DNA of 64,000 nt from NCBI GenBank assembly GCA_951406725.2, contig OX597828.1, positions 40,982,001 through 41,046,000 on the forward strand, read 5' to 3'. Shown here one piece after another: positions 1 to 13,803 of this stretch (position 1 is its first letter; every line of letters starts with the position of its first letter). Under the pieces are notes generated by a model. That model saw only the letters and a list, made by a program, of their open reading frames with translations. It had not been told where the DNA came from and ran no database searches. The translations under genes and the position numbers were made by a program. The DNA comes from Octopus vulgaris (Eukaryota).

Positions 1-396
1 GAAAATAACGTATGCCAAATATTTTTGGTAGTGCAGCCCACTTGATGATAAACCATGTCTCATGCAGCCTGTTTCTCAAAAAAAGGTTGCCCATTCGTGG
101 AATAGAGGGCATTGTCTCTTGTCCTGATAATGTTTTTTACTGTCACTTAATTCTATCACTAAACTAATCTCGTCTTTGTTGAAATGTGAAGATGGTGAAT
201 GGCATCCAGTTGTCAAAGATCACTTGTAGCAGATCCTTTGAAGAATTTCATTGTTTGTTTGCCATCAACTCTTCACAGAGTTATAGGGCTGCCTTGTGAT
301 ATACTGAGTCTCTTGAGCAATTCAAACTTGTTAGATCTCATGTTTTTCCTGGTCTGGTCACAGCTGATTTGTTCCTAAGAGAAAATGATAGAAAGT

Positions 397-418
397 GTGT
401 GTGTGCGTGTATGTGTGA

Positions 419-477
<59 letters not shown>

Positions 478-653
478 GGGAGAGAGAAGGGGGAGAGAGA
501 GAGAGAAGGGGAGAGAGAGAGAGAGAGAAGGGGGAGAGAGAGAGAGAGAAGGGGGGGAGAGAGAGAGAGAGAAGGGGAGAGAGAGAGAGAAGGGGGAGAG
601 AGAGAGAAGGGGAGAGAGAGAGAGAGAGAGAAGGGGGAGAGAGAGAGAGAAGG

Positions 654-694
<41 letters not shown>

Positions 695-733
695 GGGAGA
701 GAGAGAGAGAGAGAGAAGGGGGAGAGAGAGAGA
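397..733. repeat. (GT)n/(GA)n microsatellite with periodic AAGGGGG interruptions
   Basis: Directly visible; source of the spurious ER/LS ORFs. Confidence 0.95.
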
Positions 734-1555
734 GAACCACCACCGATATTTCCAATGCTTTGCCAATTTGCCACCTTATGAATATGTTATGGCAAAAAAT
801 TCGACCCCCTTTCTTTCTCTCTCTCTCTCTCTCACACACACACTATTATTATACCCACTCCTCATTTTAACTCCCCTAAATATTGACAGGTACACAATAC
901 CAACAGCAACGTACGAAGACTCCATTGATATAACTTTTACACACAGAAGTAAGACTGGTTTGATATGGATGTATAAAGAATAGTTCGTTGCTGTCAATGA
1001 ACTGTTGCACATTTAAAGAAAATATATAAGGGTGTTATTTTTGCATATTTAACCTTTCAAAGTGTTGTTGGTCTCAACAGATTTTTTTGCCGACGATATT
1101 TTTAGAGGGACATAATTCTTGACTCCTCTGAATGTAGCTTACCTCCCTTCCCACAGCTGGGATGGAACAACAGTCTTTAATTTGAAACAATGCTAATAAT
1201 TTTGAAATTCGGGTTTTAGTCATAACCGTCGACCCCGACATTTGACTGGTTCTTATTTTTTCGATTCCGCAACATCTAAACGATCAAAATATCCTATTTG
1301 AATTTTTAACACGTTTGACAGTCCTCTTTTTACATTCAGTTGTCATGATATTACAGCTCGTAGCCTCAAAATTTAACTTTTTCTCCGTTGTATATGAACT
1401 TATCTTAACTCACGAACTCCACTGAATCTAGCTAAATTTTATATTTTCTCCATAATTTCAACGAATATATCAAACAGCAGTTATTGCCAAATTGCCATTA
1501 GTCTCTCAATTTTTAACAAATCTAAAATTTGATTTTGATTTTATTGCCTAAATAT

Positions 1556-2030
1556 AATAATAATGAAATTATTGTATACAGTGCTCAGGTGCACCACAAC
1601 TTGTCAAAAGTATGTATAAAGCATATGCAGTAATGTACAAATGTCTGGGAGGTGAACAGTGTATGAGTCAGATACATGCTTGCGTGTGTATGGAGGGGAG
1701 ATAATCAGGTGTAGTGTTGGCGAATCTCAGGAAGCATGGAAGTCTTGAAGGATGCTGTGCTCCGACAACTAACAACTGATGCTGGCAGTTTGTTCCATGC
1801 TTCAGCAACTCTTAGCGTGAAAAAATGTTTCCGAAAGTCGTGGGAACTGTGCTGTTTTCTGACTTTGTAAACATGTCCACGGATGTTATACAGGTGGAGT
1901 TTGAAAAGGTGATCAGAGTTATTGTTTGTAAGATGGTTAATAATTTTATGGGTGTCTGCCAAGTCAGCTGCCAAACGTCGGAGTTTCAATGTATCCATAC
2001 CCAGGGAAGTAAGGCCTTCAGAGTGTTTAC
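1556..2030 (-). mobile_element. CR1/L2-group LINE 3' fragment
   Basis: TLKLRRLAADL...RGHVYKVRKQ...RKHFFTLRVAEAWNKLPASVV...SFK is the typical CR1-group ORF2 C-terminus; (ATT)n tail. Confidence 0.85.
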
Positions 2031-2139
2031 CGTTTTACAAAATCAAACTAGAAAACTGGACAAAACAGAGAACACAACTGAAAAAATTAAAAGAAAAAAA
2101 CAAAACAATTCACCACCTTGGGTTGAAAAGTTGGGGGCT

Positions 2140-2400
2140 CTGAGAAACCTCTCTAATGGCCAGCTCTCACGAACCTCACCAGTTACTGCAAGACAGGAAT
2201 CTCGCAGTCAGTGTTCCGACCCCACCAAAACTCTCGAACGTCGCAGGATGGAAAATGTAGTTGGTCGACAGATCGCGGTATTTCAGGATTTTATACCGCT
2301 CGGCCGCAGAAGATGTGGATCTCGCCCCGACAGCAGCATCCAGAGTGTGAGAAGAAGAAAAAGAGTCACTCAAATATATATGAACGTATTTTCAAACCTA
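2140..2400 (-). mobile_element. CRE-clade-like non-LTR retrotransposon fragment (restriction-like endonuclease C-terminus)
   Basis: SAAERYKILKYRDLSTNYIFHPATFESFGGVG..ARFL, then after a frameshift AVTGEVRES; resembles the CRE RLE pattern AE..K..KY..L...Y.F.P...E..G..G...TG..RE. Confidence 0.6.
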
Positions 2401-2735
2401 TTGATTCAATGTTTTTAAAACATATTTTAACAATAAATGATTTTATAATATCATTAAAATCAATCATATGTAACATAATATATAATGTTGGTGCAGACAT
2501 ATCCGTTTATCCAATATTTAAAAGTAAAAATGGGAAAAAAGGAACTTGAAAAAAAGATGAAGAGAAAAATAAAGAAAGAAATCAAGGGAAAAAATTGTAA
2601 TAAAATACATGATTATGTTTTAATTAAATGCGATTTGGACGTGTATGTGTTTTTTAATCTTTGTATTAGCTCACGATCAATAAAAAGCCATGTTTTCAGA
2701 GCAATGCCGTCCGTTTCACTGTTTTCAAAATTCCT

Positions 2736-3126
2736 GTGGTGGTGGAAGCACTCCGTCGGTTACGACGACGAGGGTTCCGGTTGATCCGCATCAACGGAAC
2801 AGCCTGCTCGTGAAATTAACGTGTAAGTGGCTGAGCACTCCACAGACAAATGCACCCTTAACGTAGTTCTCGGGGATATTCAGCGTGACACAGAGAGTGA
2901 TAAGGCCGGCCCCTTGAAATACAAATACAACAGAAACAGGAAGTAAGAGTGAGAGAAAGTTGTGGTGAAAGAGTACAGCAGGGATCACCACCACCCCCTG
3001 CCGGAGCCTCGTGGAGCTTTTAGGTGTTTTTGCTCAATAAACACTCACAACGCCCGGTCTGGGAATCGAAACCACGATCCTATGACCGCGAGTCCGCTGC
3101 CCTAACCACTGGGCCATTGCACCTCC
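2736..3126 (-). mobile_element. tRNA-derived SINE
   Basis: Head with A box TGGCCCAGTGG and B-box-like GTTTCGATTCC; 3' part shared with the SINE at 54151-54483. Confidence 0.85.
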
Positions 3127-3507
3127 TTAAAGCCCTGTAACAGTGATTGCAATGCAACACTTCGCTAAATGCCAAGTGTGTAATATGCGCAGCGCGTGCT
3201 TCAGTTCATTTCTAAAATATTTCTGTTTGTTTCATACTTTTTATAGTAATTATATAGTAATTATGAACATATCGTTAGAACAGAGGGTTCTATCTATTTT
3301 TTTTTGTTCTTCAAATTTATCAAATTAATCTTTTAAAATTTAGTTCTAGTCGGGTTCGTGACTCTGTAGTAAGAAGCCTGCTGTCTGATATATGGTTCTG
3401 GGTTCAGTTCCACTGCGTGGCACTTTTTGGAAAGTGCCTACTATAACCCTGGGCCGACCAAAGTTTTGTGAGTGGATTTGGTATGTGGATGTATGTGTGT
3501 ATATATC

Positions 3508-4200
3508 TGTAACGGTTTTAAATTGAGTAGTAAACATTATTATGAAATGTCGGCGGATGCAGTGGTAACGATAAAAAAAACTTGTTATGATGGCAAGTTG
3601 TATGATGTGAAAGATGAACAATGCATGAAGTTTTACCTTGCCTCGACGAGCAGGTTTTGATACACCTAAAAGCATGCGAAGTAAAGTTTGAGTTTGGGTT
3701 CTCTTCACTGTTTAGTAGTAATTGCTGAGACAGATAGAATGATGTTGTAAGAGAACAGAATTAGAGCTAGAGAGAATTGTAGCGTGTTGTCTCACAGTTG
3801 CTTTCTCCCTCTGACCAAAGTTCTAGTTGGTCAGCCAGACTTCGTTGAGTCGTCACCAACTGTGACGAACTCCGTTGAGTCGTCACGACTGTGACGAACT
3901 GATTTTTGCTTGGGATGTGCTGGTTTATAAAAAGATCCAGAAGGATAGATATATCATTGAGAACAATAGATTTAGTTGGTGGTCTTGTTATCTCTATACT
4001 AGCTTTTGGTGAAGTAGAAGAGGTTAGAAAGGGTCAAGTGGTGAAGACATTATTTCGGCCAAGCTAAAGGCATCTGCAAAATGTAAAACTGCTGTCAGAG
4101 AAAAACCATTGTTCTTTCATGGGAAAAGTTCTGTTGCAGTGTTAATTTAAATTTGGCTATAGTGGATCGAATCTACTCCATGCATGCTAGATTCACTACA
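3508..4200. mobile_element. Solo LTR (Gypsy-like) inserted into a SINE
   Basis: TGTA...TACA termini, 4-bp TSD TATC (3504-3507 and 4201-4204), internal 2 x ~31-bp repeat at 3840-3900; the flanks rejoin into one SINE (about 3345-4410). Confidence 0.75.
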
Positions 4201-4529
4201 TATCTATGTGTGTATGTCTTTGTCTCCTACCACCGCTTGACATCCGGTGTTGGTTTGTTTACGTCCTCTAACTGAGCTGTTTCACAAAAGCGATCGATTA
4301 GATAAGAACCAAACTTGAAAACAAATAGTTCTAGGGTTGATTCGTTTGAAAAAACCCGTCAAGGTGATGCCCCAACATGACCGCAGTTCAATGACTGGAA
4401 CAATAAAGATAATTTATGAAATTTAGATTTTTAATTAACCATCTTACATATATTCACCAAGTGTCAATTTGTTGTGGTCGTGGAAAAGATAGTTTGGATA
4501 TTAAGGTCTCAAACTACACAATATAATAT

Positions 4530-4912
4530 TTTCCAATATAGACAAGAGGCCCAGAACTTTGCACAAGGGAGGAGGTAGCTAGTCGACTACATCGCTCCCA
4601 GTACTTGGCTGACATTCATTTTATCGACCCCGAAAGAATGAAAGGCAAAATCGACCGCAGAACGTGAAGTCAGAAGAAATACCTCCCATTACTAAACTTT
4701 CTTTTATAGACACAAAGCCTGGAATTTTGCGGGGAAGGGGCCTAGTTGATCACATCTATCCTGGTACTTGACTAGTACTTATTTCATCGACCCCGAATGG
4801 ATGACAGGTAAAGTCGACCTCGGCGGAATTTGAAATCAGAACGTAAAACCGGACGAAACGCCGCTAAGCATTTTGACCGGGGTGCTAACGGTGCTGCCAA
4901 CTAGCAGCCTTA
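4530..4912 (-). mobile_element. Two adjacent copies of a SINE with a Meta-domain-like core
   Basis: Reverse complement of GTCGACTTTGCCTTTCATCCTTTCGGGGTCGATAAA..AGTAC; same family as 44692 and 58152. Confidence 0.7.
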
Positions 4913-7900
4913 AAGTTGGAAGAAATTATAAACGTATAAATTACGATCGAATCTAATATTGGATGTAAGAAGGAAATGAATATTTTGAAATTTAAGATTT
5001 CAATAGTGTCAATTAATGATTTCTTAATACTTTATACATTTTCAGGAAGGGGTATAGTCGTTTAGAATGATCAGAGAACATGATTGGTACTTGTTTTAAA
5101 ACCTGGACGAATGCAATGTAAAGCTAAGCTTGGCGAGAATTGAACCCAGAATTCAACGAATTATGACTGAAAGATTGTATTTAGCTTGTTATTCTACCAT
5201 TTCCATCACGATACCACTTATACAAGGGGCTCAAAACTACCGGGCATCGGACCCTTAGCGGGCTGCATAGAAGGAATAAATCTTAAAGTCTTATTTTACT
5301 GACTATCGTAGTTTTCTGTATTTTTGCACTATATATGTATTATATATGTAATAATTAAATGATATATAATGCACTTTATTGTTTTGTTATGCAAGTGATC
5401 CCTCGGTCCGTGGGAAATTGTTTTACTTGAAACAAAAATGTTTTGGGATCACTGACATATCTTTCTTTTATTTAGATAGAAAGCTGAATTTTATATTTCG
5501 TTTTTGAATTTGGCTTCTTTATGCGAGTTGTGTCTTTATAATTCCTTCATTACCATCATCGTCAGCTGAAATACAGAGACTAATTCGTTAGAAATATGGT
5601 TGCATAAACATTAATGAAAGGTAGCTAACGCATTAAGCTTAGTAAAAATATCTTTAAAAAAGTCAGTCCTCTAACTTATTGTAGTGTTGAGATGTCAGTT
5701 TGAGAATATTGTCTGAGTGTTTCAAAGTGGTTATTCGATCTTAAATCAAGCCCGAAATTCTTAAACAACGAAGAGAACATTGGGTAATGTAGTTCGAGAT
5801 AATGCTAAAAAGAGAGAAATGGATTTTTGGTCATACTTTTGCACAATCAATCTTGATTCAGGCCTAAAAATACAGAAAACAAACGTGGTCAATTAAATAT
5901 TAAGAAATTAAAATCGTCCTTGAGGCGCTATATCCCATTCTCCCTCTTCAAGAAATTCAGACGGGGTTTGAATTCAGTTCTGTGTGCTAAGAAAATATTT
6001 ATCCTCGTGCTCCTCATGGACAGCTGGTCAAAAGCTATGAGTACCAGAACATTGAGATTTAAGTATTTTTGATCTGAATATAATTAAAAATCAACAATAA
6101 CAAAAAGGCCTTCCCGAGCCATAGGCTCGTCCGCATGTCCTTCGTAGTATTACTAATTTTTGCTCGCTGAATGGTCAGGAGCAACGTGAAGTGAAGTGTT
6201 TTGCTCAAGATCACAATGCATCGTCAGTTCCAGGATCTTACGATTGTGAGTGCAACACCCTAACTACAAAGCTGCGCGCCTCCACTCATTCCTTAACTCG
6301 TAGCCTGAAGTCTTCCGATCTTTACTGGTTGTGTCTCATATTTTAATTAGTAATAGATATTCAAAGCAGCGTCCTTTTTGAGACACAATTTGCACTGTAG
6401 AGGAAATATATTGCAGTAGTACAGGCTGATATAGTTTTAAAATAAAATATTTTCTTAAATTGCTTGGCAATATCAGAATAACAGCGCCTTTAGTTACGTC
6501 CCTTCGCACTTCGGCTTTGGCTCCAACCAGAGTTGATTTTGTATTTCATTCTTCGGGGATCGGGATCGGGATCGATAAATTAATCACTAATCAAGTAGTA
6601 GGGGCGATATAACTGATTAAACTCATTTCCTAAAATTGAGGCCTTGTGACAATGTTAGAAATCGATATTATAAGAAGTTCATAGAAAATAAACACAGCAG
6701 CACACGGGAGAAAAAAAAAATGCCTTCGGGTCTTTAGTTACTTCCCTTTATATTCCGAGTTCAAATCTTGTCATGGTTTGACGATTTGGGGGTCTTATAA
6801 AATAAGGAACTAGGTACGCCTATCAAATCTATTTCCTCGTGCTAATGTCAGTTTTCTTCTCATCGTTTTATCATCTTAGCCAACAGATATATTTCAGATC
6901 ACACAAGGTAGAACAAAGCCTGCAACCTGCTTTTGGATCCTTGGTATGACGATGATTTGACTACATTTACGGCATTCTTTGTTAAAGGCAAGAAACACTC
7001 AGACCGTCTCGAGCTCATCTCCTGAATATTTGATGCCTTATGTTTAGGTAAGATGCCAATAATTAAATCCCACTTCTTATGTAATGATATATTGTATAGT
7101 ATATACATATATATACACACATATGTATGTATATATATTTTGTATTAAAAATATCCTATTATACTTAAACATTTTTTTAAAGGTAAGTTAGCTAAAGAAC
7201 GACATACTCTATTATAATAATTTATTACTTTAGGACAAGATATTTATAGACTTATAGAAGGAAATGAGATTGTGATTCTTTTCTGCATATTAGCGGCGTA
7301 AGTGATTTCAGCTGAGAATCGAAACCGGCGCGCATTCCATTATACTTTCTGTACGAGATATTTTATAATAGTGGCTTATTTTCTGACTTTCTAAAAAAAA
7401 CCCATATGAAAAGAAACAAATATAAAAAGAATTGTTTTATTTTTACAAATTTAAATGTTTATGTGTAAGAATAGCGAAATCGATAGTATTGAGCAAAATA
7501 TCTTGTGGTGTTTTATATATTCTGAGTTCAAAGTCCCACCGGGTAGCTTTGCTTTCCATCCTTCTGGGATCGATGAAATGAAATATCATTAAAGCGCTGG
7601 GATCAATTTAACATTGTTATAAAGCATGCTAGATGCGACTGGAATCATAACGTAATGCTATTATTTTATAATATTGTAATAGTATGTTTATTTTTTAAAA
7701 TTACAATTATTCTCCAAAAATACGCAAAAATAAAAAAAAAGTAGAACTACGAAAACTTCATTAGTCGAGGAAAATTAGGCGCTGCGAAAAATTAGTCGGT
7801 AAAAAAAAAAAAAAGGCGGGGATACCATTTCTAATTTGTTGACAAAATATAAGCGCGCCAATTTTGGGGGGTTAGCATGGTCACAAAATCGTAAAATACA

Positions 7901-8899
7901 CCACGTATTGTAACAGATTAAGAAATACCAAGCTGCTATTCTTTATGTATTGTGTATGTGTAAATAAAACTAACCAGTTATATAACTTAGTTCTGTAAAC
8001 TAATTTACGTCGTACTGTGGAAAAATAAAATGAAAAGTACACAGGAAGTACGTATTGTTGTACACCTCAGGTCAGATTTGATGGAGTTCACTAACAATAA
8101 GATCAATGATACCCCAGGTCCGACCATCTCGTGTTTTTAACAGTATCTAGGACTACGTCATCCAATCTGTCATCCCCTTTTTCCATATATATATATATAC
8201 ATATATATATTAGAGGGACGTTAAGGGAACTGAGCTGCTATTTCCAAGAGTTCTAGTGATTCGTGAAGCGGCTTTTTCGATGTGTGGAAGTATTCATTGA
8301 TATATAACGTAGTGTGATAATGGAACTTGCTGGATATTCTAAATATTGAAACTCAAAGCAACTATAATATTACGTTCGGTTATCATTTATCAATAATTAG
8401 TAAATATATTTTTTCTATTTTGTTAGTTCTTTTTTTTTTTTTATAATGAAGAAATATCTTCGTTCGTTCACACCTGCAAATAACAATCCCGCGCTTTTGT
8501 TTAGCAAATCCTTACCTCTCCCCGGACTATCAACTCATCTAATTTAAAATTTTTTTGTAAATTAAAAAAAAAAAATTGCAGTTTTATAATTTTGCTTTAT
8601 AATAATATTTTAATTCTATTATTTTTACGATAAAAATTTATCTAAAATATAAAAATATGAAGTGAATTTTAAAAAAATAATAATATTTATATTTCATAAT
8701 AATAATAATAATAATATAATTTTCTTCTTCTGCTGCAAATGTAGAGATCATGTGACAGAAGCAGGAGAAATCTGTGTTGGCCAACTTTGACATTCGCGCC
8801 ACATTTTGAACACCAACAGTAGTTTTTTTTTTATATATATATATAATTTTTCTCTGCAGGAGGATTCGCTCTATAAATATATATTAAAAAAAACAAACA

Positions 8900-9012
8900 A
8901 TGCCGCTTCTTGGGAAAAAGATTTTTGTTTACGCCAAGCCACTGGTGAATCGTAAATCGGAGGAAGTAATCTACAGCATTGCCCATACGAAAGAACAGTT
9001 CCGATCGAAACA
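8900..9012 (+). CDS. BAZ1B: BAZ1B/WSTF coding exon 1 (start of WAC domain)
   Basis: Translates MPLLGKKIFVYAKPLVNRKSEEVIYSIAHTKEQFRSK, matching the recalled WSTF N-terminus (MAPLLGRKPF...IPHTQEAFRT). Ends phase 2 at a GTATCCTT donor. Confidence 0.93.
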
Positions 9013-10388
9013 GTATCCTTCAGTTTTTGCTACAATTTTCTCTCTTTCTATCCAACATGGCTGACTTGCACTCATTGACAACAACAACAACTACAATCAC
9101 ACAACAGTCCCACATTGGCATATTACAACAATCATCACTTTCACTTATTTCATTACAAATATCTATCTAACTATTATTGATCTGTTGCATGTATATTCCC
9201 CCCTCGCCTATTACCGTCATGACCAATATTAATTTAGCCCCAATTTCTTCAACCGTCAATCTGTAATTACACACACACACATATATACATATATATGTGT
9301 ATATATTTGTATAAAGGCAATGGTTCACTCTGTTACTCAGAGTTTAGCACGATATACTTGCCATAGTACCACCCGAAACTCCCGAGTAGGTAGAAAGTGA
9401 TTCATCGACTTTATTGCAAATAAACTACTACCAGTTATAGGGTACTCGCTTTATGGTTTGCAACTGTATATATGTGTGTATATATTATATAAGGACCGGT
9501 TTTAGTCGATCAAAACTCGTATATTTCTATCCGTATAGATGTGTATATAATTAATGTGTGTGTATAGTGTAAGTGTGGGTGCAATATATGTGTGTGTGAT
9601 ATGTGACAACCGGTATCATTAAGACCATTGTACATGTCGATTTCACTAAATGCAGACCCTCACATAGAGCGGGAAGAGGGCAAATATTGCACAAGGTCGT
9701 TGTGACGTTCATCATTTTCATCACTTTAATTCATCTCAAGTTTCTCGTTAGCAACACAAAACGAAATCGTTTCAATCGGGGATGGAAACCGGGTCGCAGA
9801 ATTCGGCGCTCGCCGCCGGGGGAGAAATCATTTTCACCGTTTATTTATTTATTTATTCATTTATTTGTTTTCATTTTTAACTCTGTGTCGACCGGTTGTT
9901 GTTGTTGTTGTTGTTATGGTGGTGGCTAAGCACGTGGACCATGGCGGAGGAGGTGATGGGATCATGTATATATATATATATATCAGCTCCCTCCTTCGTT
10001 CGCCCCACTTTTGTTTCTCTCTCTTTTACGGTCCTTGACATCCGGCCCTTTTTACATAAGATCCTTCCTTCTCTATATGACCGGCCAGGTTCTGGGAACT
10101 TAAGTCTCTTCCGCCATCTTGAGCTCTTTGTTGTAATAATTCTTCTGACCACAACATCGGTCAGAAAAACTACACTTACCTTTTTTAAAACAAAACAAAA
10201 AGCAAAAATATACAACTAAGCCCTTATCCCCATTAGCTAAATATTAATAATCATCAGATGATTTATATATTCGGGAAGAATGTTCTATATAATTAAGCAT
10301 ATATTTAATTTTCCATTCATTATCATGGATTTTCTATTTATTACATATAATACGAAGTATTTGAGTAGTGTTATGTTTGGGACAGCTG

Positions 10389-10464
10389 TTTATATATATG
10401 TGTGTGTGTGTATATATATATATATATGTGTGTGTGTATATATATATATATATATGTGTGTGTG

Positions 10465-10559
<95 letters not shown>

Positions 10560-11118
10560 GTGTGTATATATATATATATGTGTATATATATATATATGTG
10601 TATATATATATATATGTGTATATATATATATATGTGTGTATATATATATGTGTGTATATATATATGTGTGTATATATATATGTGTGTATATATATGTGTG
10701 TATATATATATATGTGTGTATATATATATATGTGTGTATATATATATGTGTGTATATATATATGTGTGTATATATATATATGTGTATATATATATGTGTG
10801 TATATATATGTGTGTGTATATATATATGTGTGTATATATATATGTGTGTGTGTATATATATATGTGTATATATATGTGTGTGTATATATATGTGTGTATA
10901 TATATTATATATATATGTGTGTGTATATATATATATGATGTGTGTATATATATATATATATGTGTGTGTATATATATGTGTGTGTGTGTGTATATATATG
11001 TGTGTGTGTGTGTATATATATGTGTGTGTGTGTATATATATGTGTGTGTGTGTATATATATATATGTGTGTGTGTGTATATATATATGTGTGTGTGTGTG
11101 TATATATATATATGTATA
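10389..11118. repeat. (TA)n(TG)m compound microsatellite
   Basis: Directly visible. Confidence 0.95.
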
Positions 11119-11544
11119 TCCCAGTAGCTCATCCAATTTTTAAAAAAATATTTTTGGCTGGAAACACAAGGTGTTGGTAGATTTCCGCACCCCCCACCGC
11201 ATAGTAAAATAAATTTTGACATTTCATTGCTCTAAATAGTTATTTTAATTTTTAGTTCCAAAAATACATTTCAAACATCGCCACTTCCTCTGCCGTCCGT
11301 CAGAGGGGGATATTGAATAAGCAAAACCAGCCAGCGGTGTTTCAATTCTTACTTGGAACCAAATTCTCTTTCAATAAATTAGAAATGTGTGTGTGTGTGT
11401 GTGATCGTGTGAAGAAGGATCGTACGTAACCTGACACTCGGAGTAGTGACGGAGTGAATAATCAGCTACGAATAAGCTCTACTGTTTGTATTGAGTGCTT
11501 TTTTCTCGCGTTTGTGTATACAAACGAATGTGTGCGTCTGTCTG

Positions 11545-11581
<37 letters not shown>

Positions 11582-11933
11582 TTGTGGGTGTGTGATATTT
11601 TACATCAATTAATGATCATAGATATGAATCGAGGGGAAATGTATGAATATGAGACCTTATCCATTTACACACAAAATGGACCTCTGTACAAATACGTGCA
11701 TATTACACACACACACACACACACACCGATAAGCTTTTAAAAAAATAAATACTGGTCTCGATTGACTCGACTAAAATTCTTTCAAGGCGGTACTCTAGCA
11801 TGCCCGCAGCCTAACGACTGAAACAAGTAAAAGATATATATATATATATGTGTGTGTATATATATATTCAGATCTTTGCTTTGGCTTGTGCTGCTGTTGA
11901 GGTCGAAACGAAAATAATTGTTTGAAACAAAGG

Positions 11934-12000
<67 letters not shown>

Positions 12001-12169
12001 CACGTAGATGACATTAAAAACCGCAGAAACGTATTTTCGTAATCCCACAATGTAAAAATATATATGTATATTAAAGTAAACTAAAATAAAGAATTCAATT
12101 CCAAACTGAGGTAACCGTGTGTGTGTGTGTGTACACATACATACACGTGTGTGTGTATGTATGTATATA

Positions 12170-12375
12170 TATATATTTGTGTGTGTATAAATAAATATAT
12201 ATATATATAGATATATATATATATATTTGTGTGTGTATAAATAAATATATATATATATAGAGATATATATATATATATTTGTGTGTGTATAAATAAAATA
12301 TATATATATATATATTTGTGTGTGTATAAATAAATATATATATATATAGATATATATAAATATATTTGTGTGTGC

Positions 12376-12415
<40 letters not shown>
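12170..12415. repeat. Microsatellite-derived higher-order repeat (TTTGTGTGTGTATAAATAAATATATA...)
   Basis: About 5 recurring units of 40-50 bp. Confidence 0.8.
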
Positions 12416-12417
<2 letters not shown>

Positions 12418-12751
12418 TGTGTGTATGTATATATATTAGATCTAGATATTGAAAATAAACTCGTAAGAAATATAGGTTAGAAATTGTCAACGCTTCGTAA
12501 TTTTTAGGTCCCTCTGTCAAGCTTTTCTTTGTTTATCCGTGTATAAATGTCAGTCCGTAACGCGCACATACAGACACACATAATAAATACACCAAAGTTA
12601 TACACTCTTGTCTGTGTTTTTTTTTTCGTTTTTTTTTTTCATATGCATTATTCTTTGAGCCTTGTCTTTGAAAGCTTTTACTTTCGTTGTTAATATAACA
12701 TGTATGGCAATTTTATTGTATATGCATTTATTGCCCTTAACCAAAGTTTAG

Positions 12752-12927
12752 GGATTATGAGAAGCGAGTGGCACTGTACAAGAACCGCATCTGGACGTGT
12801 CAGTCAACTGGACACACCAACCTCACCCATGAAGAAGCTTGGAATTCGGAAAAGAATGTTAAGAAATCGGTCCAATCGCAGTTTCAGACCTGCTATGAGA
12901 AACCTGTCTTGGAGATTGTACACCATA
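12752..12927 (+). CDS. BAZ1B: BAZ1B coding exon 2 (WAC domain)
   Basis: DYEKRVALYKNRIWTCQSTGHTNLTHEEAWNSEKNVKKSVQSQFQTCYEKPVLEIVHH; WAC motif IWTCxSTG..LTHxEAW; phases match exons 1 and 3. Confidence 0.95.
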
Positions 12928-13554
12928 GTATGTAGTTGGTTTTATTATGTATTAGTATTGACCATATTGATGATGGTGAAAAAAATCACTGTCTCCTTCT
13001 TTCTGTCCTCTATCTCTCTGTTATAGTCCTCTATCTCATGTTATAGACATGTTCGTGTATATTTGTGCATTATTATACACTATTTTGATGGATTGTTTGT
13101 ATAGATAGTGTGTATGTACAGGTTTATTGTGTGTGTATGTATAGTATGTTATTATATACATGTGTATGTATGTGTATATTGTTAGTGTGTGTATTACATG
13201 TTTGTGTATGTCTTCCATTGCTTCATGTCAGCTCTAATCATGCAGAAATATGATCAAAGACATTCCTGTTGATTCCTTAGTGTATCTAGGACTACATTAA
13301 CTAATGTGACCTTCCTTTGTTCAGATGGTAGTGTGATTCTAGGGAGATTTTACTATTGGATCTAGCATATTGAGTGACTACACAGAGGTTCCTAGATTGG
13401 TTCACATACATAATGTGTGTGTGTTTGGATATTTATATCTTTTTTGTATTTGTGTTGATGTGTGTATATTTTGTGTGTGAATAAATAATTGTATCTATTG
13501 TGTAGATGTACATGTACTTGCATATATAAAAATTGTGTGAATATATATATGTGT

Positions 13555-13803
13555 GGCTTCCATGCTGGTGGCACATTAAAAGCACCAACCGATCGTGGCC
13601 GATGCCGGACCCCCCTGGCACCTGTGCAGGTGGCACGTAAAAAGCACCCACTACATTCGCGGAGTGGTTGGCATTAGGAAGGGCATCCAGCTGTAGAAAC
13701 TCTGCCAGATCAAACTGGAGCCTGGTGCAGCACCTGGCTTCCCAGACCCCGGTCGAACCGTCCAACCCGTGCTAGCGCAGAAAACGGACGTTAGACGATG
13801 ATG
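13555..13803 (+). mobile_element. 5'-truncated RTE 3'UTR copy with (GAT)n tail
   Basis: GGCACGTAAAAAGCACCCAC...GGAAGGGCATCCAGCTGTAGAAAC...GGACGTTAGACGATGATG; same as the 3' end of the RTE at 18328-21808. Confidence 0.8.

Larger units (their letters stand above)
9013..12751 (+). other. U12-type (minor spliceosome) GT-AG intron 1 of BAZ1B
   Basis: 5' splice site GTATCCTTC; branch site CCCTTAAC at 12734-12741, about 10 nt before the AG at 12750-12751; no polypyrimidine tract; splicing keeps the frame. Confidence 0.9.

Noticed and set aside
338-983. Long ER-rich and LS-rich ORFs
   Set aside because: Translations of a (GA)n microsatellite.
3472-3660. Short ORF resembling an exon
   Set aside because: Lies across the boundary of the solo LTR.
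6810-7025. Possible minus-strand exon with CxxC (ECRKC)
   Set aside because: Stops in all frames and no partner exons found.
7290-7335. Hammerhead-like hairpin followed by GAAACCGG
   Set aside because: No CTGANGA core upstream.
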